The notes: generated by a model from the sequence alone, not told the origin. A DNA stretch of 42,047 bases from an uncultured bacterium (GCA_963978095.1 CAXBQP010000028.1:1-42047); one strand, 5' to 3'. Shown: positions 26,870 through 37,005, numbered from the stretch's first letter. Numbers and translations are program-made.

Positions 26870-29134
26870 TCAGACCGGGTGCGCGAGCTGCCTGGCGAGT
26901 GTTTCGAGCAGTGTGCGGCTGGAGAACGGCTTCAGCAGGAAGGGGACGCCGAGCGATGGGTCCGCCTCGCGACGATCGAGCCCGCTCATCGCGACCACGC
27001 GAATCGCCGGTGCTGCCGCGCGCAACTCCGCGATGAGGGACTGCCCACTCGCGCCGGGCATCATCAGGTCCGTGAGTACCAAATCCACGGCGATGCCCCC
27101 CTGGATGAGATTCATCGCGTCCGTGGGAGAGCTCACGGCGATGACGCGATAGCCGAGCCGTTCCAGCGTTTGGAGCGCGATCTCGCGGATCATGGATTCG
27201 TCGTCCACGATCAGGATGCGCTCGCCATGGCCCGCGAGTTCGGCCAGTCGTGCTTCCTCTGTCACGACGACATCGGCCGCCGCTGCTCCCGCGACATCGA
27301 CGGCGGGGAGAAAAACGGTGAAGGCTGTCCCGTTTCCCGGTTCACTGTAGGCGCGCAGGAACCCCCCGTGCCCCCTGATGATGGCGTCAACCGTCGACAG
27401 CCCAATGCCGGTGCCGCCGCTGCTACCCTTCGTCGTGAAGAAAGGCGTGAAGATCTGTTCGAGCAGCTCTGGTGACATGCCCACGCCGGTGTCGGCGACG
27501 CGCAGCAGCACGTAGGGCCCCTCCGTCGCGTCCGGATGACTGCGGCAGAACGCGGAGTCCGCGATCATGTTCTCCGCCGCGATCGACAACCGCCCGCCGT
27601 CCGGCATGGCATCGCGGGCATTGATGGCCAGATTCATGACCAGCTGATGCATCTGCGTCGGATCGGCCGACACGTGACGAAGGTCGGTCGCGTGCGACAC
27701 GGTGATGCTGATGTTCGGGGGGAAGGCGCCGCGCATGATCTTCACCGCCTCGGTGAGGATCGCCCCGATCGAGGTGTCCACGCGGGTTTCCTCTCCGCCG
27801 CGTGCGAAGGTCAGCACGCCGCGCAGCAGCTCCGCCCCACGCGCCGCACTCTGTGCGGCGAGGCTCAGCCACTGCCGTTGCTTGGGGTCGACGATGAGCT
27901 GGTCGAGCATGTCGAGCGTCATCATGATCGGCTGCAGCACGTTGTTCAGGTCGTGTGCGACGCCAGAGGCCATTTCCCCGATGCTCTCGAGGCGCTGGGC
28001 GCGCGCAGCCTTGAGCCCCACATCCCGTACTGCGGGTCCTTCCGTTTCGCTGCAGAGGACGCTGGTGGGGCGGCCGAGGCCGTCACGCACCACGCCCCAT
28101 TTGGCCTGAACGGTGACGCGCTGGCCGTCCCGGTGACGGCGCACGAGTTCGCCCTCCCAGCGGCCATGTTCCAGAAGATGTCCCCACGCGCGGTCGAACC
28201 GATCGCGCCCGTCATCCGTTTGCAGGAAGGCGAGTGAGGGCTGGGCGGTCGCGTCGGCGCGCGTCCAGCCGTAGAGGCGTGTCGCGCTCTCGTTCCAGAG
28301 GATCGGCCGTTGGTCCAGATCGGTCTGAATGATGGCGGTGACGTCGAGCGTGATCAACATCGCCGTCTCGCGCGCCGCCTGTTCGGCGAGTTTCTGGCTC
28401 GTGAGATCCGTCAGGATACCGACCAAGCCGCGGACTGTGCCGTCCTGAGCGAGCAGCGGGGCGGTCCGGACCAGGGCCCATGTGGTGTCGCCGCCGGGTT
28501 TCACGAATCGGAACTCTTCGACACGCCCGGTGCCATGTGGGTAATCGGTCCGCCACTGGTTGAGTCGCGGGCGATCGTCCGGATGCATGCACTGGCGGAG
28601 GTCATCCAGGCTCAGTGCCTGTGGGGTCAGGCCGGTGATGTCGAGGTAGCCGCGGTTCGCGAAGGTGAGTTTCCCGTCGAGGTCACGGTGGAAGTAGCCG
28701 TCCGACGTCAACTCGCCCAGCGTGCTGAGATAGCGGTCGTGCAGCTCGAGACCGGCCTCGATGCGGCGCTTCTCGGTGACGTCGGTGTGCTCGCCGACGA
28801 AATACGAGAGCGTCCCGTCCGCTTTCAGGACGGGCAGGATCCGGACGACATTCCAATACGGTGTTCCGTCCTTGCGAAGATTCTGGAGCGTGGTACGGCT
28901 TTCCCGTCCGGCGCGGAGCGCCGCATCGAGCCGGGAGATCTCCGCGGGGTCGTTGTCGGGACCGCGCAGCACGCGCATCCTGAGGCCCTTGAGCTCCGCG
29001 AGCGAGTAGCCGCTCATGCGCTCGAAGGCCGCGTTGCAATAGGTGACCACCGCAGCGCCGTCACGAAGCTCGACAATGCTGATCGCATGGTCGAGGTCGG
29101 CAATCACTCGGCTATCGCGCTCGGTGTCCCACAT
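26870..29134 (-). CDS. Cytoplasmic hybrid histidine kinase (3 PAS-HisKA-HATPase-REC, CckA-like)
   Basis: AHDLNNVL, NLAINARDAM, PFFTTK..GTGIGL, REC IVDDE/DLVLTDLMMP/KPF. Confidence 0.95.
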   Translation of the reverse strand: MWDTERDSRVIADLDHAISIVELRDGAAVVTYCNAAFERMSGYSLAELKGLRMRVLRGPDNDPAEISRLDAALRAGRESRTTLQNLRKDGTPYWNVVRILPVLKADGTLSYFVGEHTDVTEKRRIEAGLELHDRYLSTLGELTSDGYFHRDLDGKLTFANRGYLDITGLTPQALSLDDLRQCMHPDDRPRLNQWRTDYPHGTGRVEEFRFVKPGGDTTWALVRTAPLLAQDGTVRGLVGILTDLTSQKLAEQAARETAMLITLDVTAIIQTDLDQRPILWNESATRLYGWTRADATAQPSLAFLQTDDGRDRFDRAWGHLLEHGRWEGELVRRHRDGQRVTVQAKWGVVRDGLGRPTSVLCSETEGPAVRDVGLKAARAQRLESIGEMASGVAHDLNNVLQPIMMTLDMLDQLIVDPKQRQWLSLAAQSAARGAELLRGVLTFARGGEETRVDTSIGAILTEAVKIMRGAFPPNISITVSHATDLRHVSADPTQMHQLVMNLAINARDAMPDGGRLSIAAENMIADSAFCRSHPDATEGPYVLLRVADTGVGMSPELLEQIFTPFFTTKGSSGGTGIGLSTVDAIIRGHGGFLRAYSEPGNGTAFTVFLPAVDVAGAAAADVVVTEEARLAELAGHGERILIVDDESMIREIALQTLERLGYRVIAVSSPTDAMNLIQGGIAVDLVLTDLMMPGASGQSLIAELRAAAPAIRVVAMSGLDRREADPSLGVPFLLKPFSSRTLLETLARQLAHPV

Positions 29135-29279
29135 GTCGGCGTCCTGGTTTCCACAGGGGCGTCATCGCTACCCAACCTAAGCGAAACGCGGGTCGGCGTG
29201 TTCTTCTGCGATGAATCCGTCCGGATATCTTACGGTTTCGTCATCTGGTTCGCTGAACCGGAGCGGGAGAGCTCCGGCG

Positions 29280-30413
29280 CTATCGCTGCTGGATCCGTTG
29301 CTCGACGAACACTGGCGCCAAGAGCCCCCGGGCGGACCGGCCGTGGGGGTCCTGCTCGGCGCGATACGCGTTGACGATGTCGAGCGCGGTCTGCGTCAGC
29401 GGTGGGAGTTCACGGTCCGAGACTCCGAGGGGGGTGACGCGAGCGCCCCAGCGGACCAACAAGGAGCAGAAGGTGAGCCCGCCGCCGAAGGCCGGCATGA
29501 GCAGCAGATTCCCGGGGCGCACGCGCCCCTGCTCCAGCGCGTCGACCAAGCTGACCGGTACCGTGGCGGCGCTCATGTTCCCGTACTTCTCGACGGTGAC
29601 CATCACTTTGTCCATCGGGAGGCCGGCATACTTCGCCACCGCCTCGATGATCCGCAGGTTGGCTTGATGCGGGACGGCCAGATCGATCTGTTCGGCCGTG
29701 ACGCCACACTGCGCGAGGACGGAGGCGGAGGCTTCGCTCATGCCCTTGACGGCGCGCTTGAAGATCGCCTGCCCGTCGAAGTCCCAGAGCGTGTCGCCGT
29801 AGGAGATGCCGAGTCCGGCGTAGCCGCACCCCATCCCCCGCACGCGCAGGGTCTGGCGCCCCTCGGCGTCACAGCCGAGGACCGAGCCCAGGACACCGGA
29901 TTCTTCGTCCGAGGCTTGCAGCACGACGGCCGCCGCACCGTCGCCGAACAGCACCGCGACGTTGCGGTTGCTCCAGTCCATGTACCGCGTGATGAGTTCC
30001 ACGCCGATGACCACGGCATTCTGCACGACGCCGCTCCTGATCATCGCGGTGGCGGTGCTGAGGCCGTAGAGGAAGCTCGTGCAGGCGGTGTTGATGTCCA
30101 TCGCCGCGGCGCGGGTGGCCCCGAGTTCGATCTGGACGCCGCTGGCGGAGTTCGGGACCAACTCCTCGTTGCTGCACCCGCCGTAGATGATCAACTCCAG
30201 TGCGGCCGGGTCCAGCCCCGCGCAGGCGAGCGCCCGCGCCGCGGCCGTGGAGGCGAGCTGGATGGCGGGCACATGCGATACCCGCCGTTCCCGCATGCCG
30301 GTGCGCGAGACGATCCACTCGTCCGAGGTATCCAGGAAGGTGGAAAGGTCAGCATTGGTGAGAACAGCGGGGGGGAGACATTTCCCCCAACCCGTGATGG
30401 CGGCGAAGGTCAT
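29280..30413 (-). CDS. fabH: Beta-ketoacyl-ACP synthase III
   Basis: DTSDEWIVSRTG, ACTSF, LFGDGA, PHQAN, YGNMSAA, AFGGG. Confidence 0.93.
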   Translation of the reverse strand: MTFAAITGWGKCLPPAVLTNADLSTFLDTSDEWIVSRTGMRERRVSHVPAIQLASTAAARALACAGLDPAALELIIYGGCSNEELVPNSASGVQIELGATRAAAMDINTACTSFLYGLSTATAMIRSGVVQNAVVIGVELITRYMDWSNRNVAVLFGDGAAAVVLQASDEESGVLGSVLGCDAEGRQTLRVRGMGCGYAGLGISYGDTLWDFDGQAIFKRAVKGMSEASASVLAQCGVTAEQIDLAVPHQANLRIIEAVAKYAGLPMDKVMVTVEKYGNMSAATVPVSLVDALEQGRVRPGNLLLMPAFGGGLTFCSLLVRWGARVTPLGVSDRELPPLTQTALDIVNAYRAEQDPHGRSARGLLAPVFVEQRIQQR

Positions 30414-30443
30414 GGCTCCCCCCTGCGGGATGAATCGCGGTGA

Positions 30444-32498
30444 CTACTCGGACGTCGTCTTGGTGGCGGGCTTCGAGGAGTAGCGGTCGAACCAGCTGCG
30501 CAAATACAGTTGCGAGCGGAGGAAGTTCGAGGGGATGCTGCTCGTCCCGTGGTATTCACCGTTCATGCGGATCAAGGCCGTGGGGATCCCACGCAGCTTG
30601 AGCGCGCGATAGAACTCCTCAGACTGCGGCATCGGCGTCCGGAGATCGAGCACGCCGGTCATGAGCATCGTCGGCGTCGTGACGTTGCCGACGTACATGA
30701 TCGGCGAGCGCTTGAGATATTCGCTCGGGTCGACCCAGAACGGCTTGTCGAAGTTCTGGTACCAGCCCGCGCCGTCCGTCTCGCCGACGAAGCTCATCCA
30801 GTTGATCACCGGGCACTCGCTGCTCGCCGCGGCGAAACGCGACGTGTGTCCGACGATCCACGCGGTGAGGACGCCACCACCCGAGCAGCCGTGCACGAAG
30901 AGATTCTTGCTGTCGATGTAGCCGCGGTTGAGGACGGTGTCGACGCCGGCCATGAGGTCGTCGTAGTCCTTGTCCGGATAGGCGTTCTTGATCTCGTTGG
31001 TGAACTTGGCGCCGTAGCCGGTGCTGCCGCGCGGATTCGTGTAGAGCACCACGTACCCGTTGGAGGCCTGGTCCTGCCGAGCGAAGTTGAATGCCACGTT
31101 GTACATCGACTGCGGGCCGCCGTGGATGTCGAGGATCAGCGGGTACTTCTTGCTCTTGTCGAACCCGGCGGGCTTCACGATCCACCCCTGGATCTTGAGG
31201 CCATCGCGCGAGGTGTACCAGATCTCCTCGGTTTCCGCGAGCGCCTTTCCGGCCAGGACGTCGTCATTGACGGCGGTGAGCTGGGTGAAGGTCGTCACCG
31301 GGGCGTTGGTCTTCGGGATCGTGAACGCGACCACGTCGTTGGGTTTCGTGGGGGTCGAGCGAACGCCGACGGCCACACCGTTCGCCGACACGTCGGCAAC
31401 GGTCAGCACCTGCTTGCCGCTGGTCACGGCGCGCACCGCGCCGCCGGTGGACGCGAACATGAAGTTCTTGGAGCCTTCGCTCTCGGCGCTGAAGTACACG
31501 CCGCTGTTGTCATGCGCCCAGATGAGGCCGGAGATCGGGCGGTCGAGGTTGCCGGAGATCGCGTGCGGGTTCGACCCATCGGCGTTCATCACCCAGAGCT
31601 TGGCTTCCGCCCACGCCGAATGGTCGACCGAGTCGGCGTTCATGAAGGCGATCATCTTGCCATCCGGCGAATAGATGGGCGACGCGTTCGTCCCGTTGTT
31701 CTTGGTCAGCGCGCGGATCTCGCCGGTTTCGGTGTTCGCGGCGTAGACGATCGACTTCCGGAAGACATGCTCCGGGTCCGGCACCCTCAACGACGAGAAG
31801 GCGAGCCACTTGCCGTCGGCCGAGAAGGAGGGGGCGCTATGGTTCCAGTCGCCGTCGGTGATCTGGCGCGGCGTACCGCCGTCCGCGGGGACGACGAAGA
31901 TGTGCCGGTACGATTCGTCGGTGTAGCCGACGCGGTCGGAGCGGAAGTTCAGTTTGGTGAGGATCTTGGGCGCCTCCGTCCACTTGGCGCCCTTGGGCGC
32001 GGCGGGCATGGCGATGCGCCAGTTATCGTGCGTGGGGACCGCCATCGTGAAGGCGAGCTGCTTGCCGTCCGGCGACCACTCGAGCGACGACGGGGCTTCC
32101 GTGAGGTGCGTGACCTGCGAAGTGGCTCCTTCCGCGTCCATCCAGCGCACCCAGATCTGCGGCCCGCTCGGCTCCCCCTTGTAGATGTACGCGATCCGTC
32201 GGCCGTCCGGGGACCATTTCACATCCGAGCCGTTGCCCAGCTGCCGCGCGTGCGAGCCGTCGGCGTTCATGACCCAGAGCGTGGTCTCCCACTTGTCATT
32301 CATCTTGTCCACCCAGCGACGGGTGTAGATGACCTGCGAGCCGTCCGGTGAGAGTTGCGGCGACTGGGCGTCCTCCCAGTCGAGGTACTGATCGAGGGTC
32401 AGCTTGCCCTGCGGGGGACGCGCCTGGCTCACCGCGGGCTGCGCGACGGTCGCCGAGAGCAGGGTCAGGGCGGCTACGACACGGAACGTGCGAGACAT
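30444..32498 (-). CDS. Secreted S9 family peptidase (PD40 propeller + alpha/beta hydrolase)
   Basis: SPDG repeats, IHGGP, NPRGSTGYG, GCSGGG, DLRT, YHG. Confidence 0.95.
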   Translation of the reverse strand: MSRTFRVVAALTLLSATVAQPAVSQARPPQGKLTLDQYLDWEDAQSPQLSPDGSQVIYTRRWVDKMNDKWETTLWVMNADGSHARQLGNGSDVKWSPDGRRIAYIYKGEPSGPQIWVRWMDAEGATSQVTHLTEAPSSLEWSPDGKQLAFTMAVPTHDNWRIAMPAAPKGAKWTEAPKILTKLNFRSDRVGYTDESYRHIFVVPADGGTPRQITDGDWNHSAPSFSADGKWLAFSSLRVPDPEHVFRKSIVYAANTETGEIRALTKNNGTNASPIYSPDGKMIAFMNADSVDHSAWAEAKLWVMNADGSNPHAISGNLDRPISGLIWAHDNSGVYFSAESEGSKNFMFASTGGAVRAVTSGKQVLTVADVSANGVAVGVRSTPTKPNDVVAFTIPKTNAPVTTFTQLTAVNDDVLAGKALAETEEIWYTSRDGLKIQGWIVKPAGFDKSKKYPLILDIHGGPQSMYNVAFNFARQDQASNGYVVLYTNPRGSTGYGAKFTNEIKNAYPDKDYDDLMAGVDTVLNRGYIDSKNLFVHGCSGGGVLTAWIVGHTSRFAAASSECPVINWMSFVGETDGAGWYQNFDKPFWVDPSEYLKRSPIMYVGNVTTPTMLMTGVLDLRTPMPQSEEFYRALKLRGIPTALIRMNGEYHGTSSIPSNFLRSQLYLRSWFDRYSSKPATKTTSE

Positions 32499-32613
32499 GG
32501 AAACTCCAGTTCAGGGGTCGAATAATCCTGCACGCTGCACCGGCTGGCGTCCAGAGCCCCGCGTGCGGACGGGGCGCTCAGCATCTCGTGGGGCTTCGCC
32601 GTAGTATCCAGAC

Positions 32614-33828
32614 ATGCAACTCACGGAAACCATCCGGGTCGCCCTGAACGCGCTTCGGACCAATGCGATGCGGTCGTTGCTCACCATGCTCGGCATCGTG
32701 ATCGGCGTCGGCGCGGTCATCGCCATGATCGCGCTCGGGAATGGCGCGCAGAACTCCGTCAAGGAGCGTATCGCGCGGCTCGGAACGACCGTACTGCAGG
32801 TCAATGCGCAACGTGTGCAGCAGGGCGGGGTCGGGACCGGGACCCAGGCGAAACTGACCTTCCAGGACGTGAACTTCATCCTCGACCGGTCGCCGGCCGT
32901 GCAGGATGTCAATCCGCAGCAGGACCGCAACCTGCAGGTCGTGTGGAAGAACAAGAACACGAACGTCCAGATCACGGGCACGTTGCCGAATTTCCTGACC
33001 GTGCGCGGCTTCACGATCGCCAAGGGTGCGATGTTCTCGACCGCGGACGACAATGCCCGCAAGAAGGTGGCGGTGCTGGGCGGGGGGGTCGCGGAGCTGC
33101 TTGGCGTGGACAACCCCGATGCGTTGATCGGGGAGCAACTGCGGATCGGCGGGCGTCAGTTCACGGTGGTCGGCGTCCTCGAATCCAAGGGGGCCACGGG
33201 CTTCGGTGACGGCGACCAGCAGATCCTGATCCCGTTCCAGACCGGGCGGTTCGGCACCTTCGGCACCGACCGCATCAATGACATCTGGGTACGGGCGGCC
33301 GGTGAGGATTCCGTGGAGGCGGCCATGGGGGAAGTGCAATCCGCCATGCGGCGTTCGCACAAGTTGCTTGCCGGCAAACCCGATGATTTCTCGATTCGCA
33401 ATCAGGCCGACTTCCTGCAGACGTTGAACGAGACGACCCAGACCTTCACGCTGCTGCTTGCGGGAATCGCCGGCGTGAGTCTTCTGGTCGGCGGGATCGG
33501 CATCATGAACATCATGCTCGTGTCCGTCACGGAGCGCACCCGGGAGATCGGGATCCGCAAGGCGCTTGGTGCGACGAAGGTGAACATCATGCTGCAGTTC
33601 CTGACGGAATCGGTGGTGCTGTGCCTGCTGGGGGGCGCGGCCGGCATCGGCGCGGGGATGATCGCCGCCTACGAGTTCCAGAAGCTGGCCGGCTGGAATG
33701 CTGCGGTGGATTTCCAGAGCATCGTGCTGTCGTTCGGTTTTGCGAGCGCCATCGGTCTGGTCTTCGGCGTGTGGCCGGCGCGACGCGCGGCCTCATTGGA
33801 TCCGATCGAAGCCCTGCGCTTCGAGTAG
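32614..33828 (+). CDS. MacB/FtsX-like ABC transporter permease
   Basis: RSLLTMLGIVIGV, GGIGIMNIMLVSVTERTREIGIRKALGA, PARRAASLDPIEALR. Confidence 0.96.
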   Translation: MQLTETIRVALNALRTNAMRSLLTMLGIVIGVGAVIAMIALGNGAQNSVKERIARLGTTVLQVNAQRVQQGGVGTGTQAKLTFQDVNFILDRSPAVQDVNPQQDRNLQVVWKNKNTNVQITGTLPNFLTVRGFTIAKGAMFSTADDNARKKVAVLGGGVAELLGVDNPDALIGEQLRIGGRQFTVVGVLESKGATGFGDGDQQILIPFQTGRFGTFGTDRINDIWVRAAGEDSVEAAMGEVQSAMRRSHKLLAGKPDDFSIRNQADFLQTLNETTQTFTLLLAGIAGVSLLVGGIGIMNIMLVSVTERTREIGIRKALGATKVNIMLQFLTESVVLCLLGGAAGIGAGMIAAYEFQKLAGWNAAVDFQSIVLSFGFASAIGLVFGVWPARRAASLDPIEALRFE

Positions 33829-33846
33829 CCGCGCCCGCGTCGGGGC

Positions 33847-34401
33847 TCAGCCCTGAACCGATGCGGCGAGGCGTCGCCGGTGGACCGCATAGGCCTTGAA
33901 GCCGGCCCAGATCACCAGCACGGTCGCGGCGAGCACCCAGCCCAGGGCACCGAAGGTGATCGCGTCCTTGAAGACCACGAGCAGGACCACGAGCACGAGC
34001 ACGAGCGTCGGGGCTTCGTTGGCGACGCGGAAGAACTCTCCCGTCCTGCTGGAGTCGCCGCGCGCCAGCTCGCGCATCACGCGTGCGCACAGCCCGTGGT
34101 ACGCTGAGAGCAGCAGGACGAGCGAGAACTTCGCCAGGAACCAGGACTGGCGGCCATAGCTCGGCTGGGTGGCGACCATCGCGAGTCCGGTGAGCCACGT
34201 GAGGACCATCGCCGGCGTCGTGATGATCCGGTACAGTCGGGATTCCATCAATGCGAACTGCGGCCCGAGAACTGCCAGTCGTGCGGCATCGCCCCGGTTG
34301 GCATCGGCGTGATAGACGAACAGGCGGACGAGGTAGAAGAGCCCCGCCATCCAGCTCACGACGAACACGATGTGGAACGACTTGATCCAGAGATACGTCA
34401 T
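33847..34401 (-). CDS. hemJ: Protoporphyrinogen IX oxidase HemJ
   Basis: WIKSFHIVFVVSWMAGLFYLVRLFVYH, MESRLY.II.TPA, FRVANEAP. GGAG SD before ATG 34401. Confidence 0.88.
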   Translation of the reverse strand: MTYLWIKSFHIVFVVSWMAGLFYLVRLFVYHADANRGDAARLAVLGPQFALMESRLYRIITTPAMVLTWLTGLAMVATQPSYGRQSWFLAKFSLVLLLSAYHGLCARVMRELARGDSSRTGEFFRVANEAPTLVLVLVVLLVVFKDAITFGALGWVLAATVLVIWAGFKAYAVHRRRLAASVQG

Positions 34402-34501
34402 CGGCACTCCGTGAACGCACGTGGACCGGGAATGGCGTCCTTACACGCACCCCCGACTCCGCAACATATTAGGGGAACTCTCGCTTTCGGAATGGTGCCC
34501 C

Positions 34502-35989
34502 GTGATTCGTCGTCCGTGGATCGTGTTGACCGCGTTGGTCTCCGCCTTCGCCACCGTGCGTGCGCAAGGCGTACCTGCCGCCGGTGCGGCGCCGTTGGAT
34601 CGGCTGACCGCCGCGTTGCTCGGCGCGACACCGCTCGAGCAGGACCTGCAGGCGCTCACCGACAAGATCGGGGGGCGTGCGACCGGTTCCGCGGCGAACG
34701 TGCGGGCTGTGGACTGGGCGCTCGCGCGATTCGAGGCGGCCGGCGTGAAGGCCCGCAAGGAGGCCTTTCAGATGCCGAATCGCTGGTTGGAGCGTTCCGC
34801 GCGTGCCGTGGTCGCCGGTGAAGGGGTGGAGTTCGCGCCGCGGATCGCCGCGATGCCGTTCTCGGTGGCGACACCGGCGAGTGGCGTGACCGCTCCCCTC
34901 GTGGACGTCGGGCGCGGATCCAAGGAAGACTTTGCCCGTCTCGGGACGAAGGCCAAGGGAGCCTTCGTGCTCGTGGAGCAGGACGAACTGAAGGACATCG
35001 AAGGGTTGTTCAAGGAGTACGCCGAGACCGCCGAGATCGAGCCGCGGGCCTTTGCGGCCGGTGTGGCAGGGGTGGTGTATGTGGGATCACGGGCCAACGC
35101 GTTGCTGTATCGGCACAACGTGGCGATCGGGGCCAAGAACACGCGCCCGATGATGGTCATGGAGCGTGACGCCGGGCTGCGGGCGTTGCGCCTGCTGCGC
35201 GGCGGCACCGCGTTGCGCCTCACCGCCACGCTGGATCTGGACACTGGCGCCGCGTACGAGAGCTGGAATGTCGTGGGGGAGATTCCCGGCACGACCAAGG
35301 CCGACGAGATCGTGGTGATCGGTGCGCATCTGGATTCGTGGGATCTGGGTGACGGTGCGCTCGACAACGGCGCGAACGCGGTGATGCTGATCGATGTGGC
35401 CCGTCAGTTCCAGCGTCTCGGGATTCGTCCGGCACGCACGATCCGCTTCGTGATGTGGAATGGCGAAGAGCAGGGGATGGAGGGGTCGTTCGGCTATGCC
35501 CGCAGCCATGCCGCGGAGTTGGACCGGCATGTGATGGCCACGAGCTTCGACATCGGTTGTGGTCGCGTCCAAGGGTTCTTCACCGGCGCACGGCCGGAGC
35601 TGGTGCCGTTGGTCGCGAAGGCCATCGCGCCGGTCGCGGGGCTCGGACCGTTCAAGCAGACCGATGCGCCGTTGGTCGGGACCGACAATTTCGACTTCAT
35701 GCTCCACGGGGTGGCGAATCTCGTGGCGGATCAGGAGCCGGCGACGTACGGCCCCAACTACCACGCGCGGAGCGACACGTACGAGAAGTGCGACACGCGG
35801 GTGCTGCGCCAGAATGCCGTTGTGGCTGCGGCGCTCGTCTACGGGTTCGCGACGATGCCCGAGGCCCTCCCTCGTCAGACGCGCGCGCAGATCGACGCGA
35901 TCATGAAGAGCACGGACCTGGAAGCCCAGATGAAATCCATGGGTGTCTGGGACGGCTGGGCGGCGGGAACGCGCGGTCGGCGTCCGTAG
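34502..35989 (+). CDS. Secreted M28 peptidase with PA domain (carboxypeptidase Q-like)
   Basis: GGRATGS, GAHLDSWD, GALDNG, NGEEQG, GTD, YH..SDT. Start assigned to GTG 34502. Confidence 0.92.
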   Translation: MIRRPWIVLTALVSAFATVRAQGVPAAGAAPLDRLTAALLGATPLEQDLQALTDKIGGRATGSAANVRAVDWALARFEAAGVKARKEAFQMPNRWLERSARAVVAGEGVEFAPRIAAMPFSVATPASGVTAPLVDVGRGSKEDFARLGTKAKGAFVLVEQDELKDIEGLFKEYAETAEIEPRAFAAGVAGVVYVGSRANALLYRHNVAIGAKNTRPMMVMERDAGLRALRLLRGGTALRLTATLDLDTGAAYESWNVVGEIPGTTKADEIVVIGAHLDSWDLGDGALDNGANAVMLIDVARQFQRLGIRPARTIRFVMWNGEEQGMEGSFGYARSHAAELDRHVMATSFDIGCGRVQGFFTGARPELVPLVAKAIAPVAGLGPFKQTDAPLVGTDNFDFMLHGVANLVADQEPATYGPNYHARSDTYEKCDTRVLRQNAVVAAALVYGFATMPEALPRQTRAQIDAIMKSTDLEAQMKSMGVWDGWAAGTRGRRP

Positions 35990-36067
35990 CAGAGACTGGC
36001 TGCGCATGCGGGGCGGGCGCCATCCAGCGGCCGCCCCGTCGTGCCACCGGAAGGTGCGCCGTCCGGT

Positions 36068-36937
36068 CTACCGGTCGGGGGGCGGCTTCAGTGTCATGTG
36101 CGAGACCGTCCAGATCACCACCGTGCCGCAGAGGTCGTTCCCATTGATCACATGATACGCGGCCGGGGTGTACTCGGCGCGGGGATACACCTCGACCGCG
36201 TACACCTCATCCTTCGACACGATCTGGTCGAAGGTCTCGCCGGGGTTGATCTTGATGAGCATGCCGTCCTTGATGACGTTCATCATGCAGACGAGCTGCA
36301 CCCCTTTCTGGATCGATCCTCCGCCCGAGGGCTTGCCCTGGAGATTCGCGCCGCCAGTGCGCTCGCGGCGCAGGGTCACCCCGAGCACATCGCGGAAGAT
36401 CGACGACGCGTCGTTCACCGATTCCTTCTTCTTCTCGATCTCTTCCGGCGTGAACAGGGTGCCGAATCCGGCGCGCTTCTGGGCGTAGAAACCCGTGGCG
36501 GCGAGCGCCGGGTGCGACTCCTCTTCCTTCGTGAGTACCGTCACCGCGCCGAGCGTTTGCGCCACGGGTTGGAGTTTCACGCCGATATGGACCGTGGAGT
36601 CGGCACGCAAGTCGAGCTCGAAATCGACGCCATCGAAGCCGATCTTCTTGATGCGGATGGTGCGTGCACCGGCCGGGATGTTCCGGAGCCGGAAGAAGCC
36701 CGACTCATCGGTGAAGGTCGCCATCGCCGGCTCTTCGATTTCGATGATGACTTTCGCGAGCGGGTTGTCCAGCGGATCGAGGATCGTCCCCTGGAGGTGC
36801 GAGATCGGAACGCTTGGCGTGACGGACTGGGCCGACAGCGCGCGCGGCGTTGACGCGCCCCACGCAAGGAATGCTGCGAGCAGGAGTCCGGAGTGCCGCG
36901 CCGCGTACCGCGCGACAGGAAGGAGCGTAGCAGTCAT
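36068..36937 (-). CDS. Carboxypeptidase-regulatory-like domain + TonB plug-like domain, no barrel
   Basis: GTILD...TDESGFFRL...KIGF, then GFY..K..G.G, DG, EVYAVEVY, CGTVVIWT. Confidence 0.8.
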   Translation of the reverse strand: MTATLLPVARYAARHSGLLLAAFLAWGASTPRALSAQSVTPSVPISHLQGTILDPLDNPLAKVIIEIEEPAMATFTDESGFFRLRNIPAGARTIRIKKIGFDGVDFELDLRADSTVHIGVKLQPVAQTLGAVTVLTKEEESHPALAATGFYAQKRAGFGTLFTPEEIEKKKESVNDASSIFRDVLGVTLRRERTGGANLQGKPSGGGSIQKGVQLVCMMNVIKDGMLIKINPGETFDQIVSKDEVYAVEVYPRAEYTPAAYHVINGNDLCGTVVIWTVSHMTLKPPPDR

Positions 36938-37005
36938 GGTGGGAGCATGGGAGAACCCCGGACTCCTCGAAAGGCGCCCGGGGTCCGACGTGCCGGCCGC
37001 GAGAG

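Noticed and set aside
30510..32351. Long antisense ORFs (also 39731-41473, 4735-6480, 24273-25619, 25502-26812, 29211-30443)
   Set aside because: These are Arg/Gly/His-rich shadows of clear genes, as expected in high-GC DNA. One of them crosses the tRNA.
33974..34006. CACGAG short repeats
   Set aside because: They simply encode the Leu/Val-rich TM helix of HemJ.
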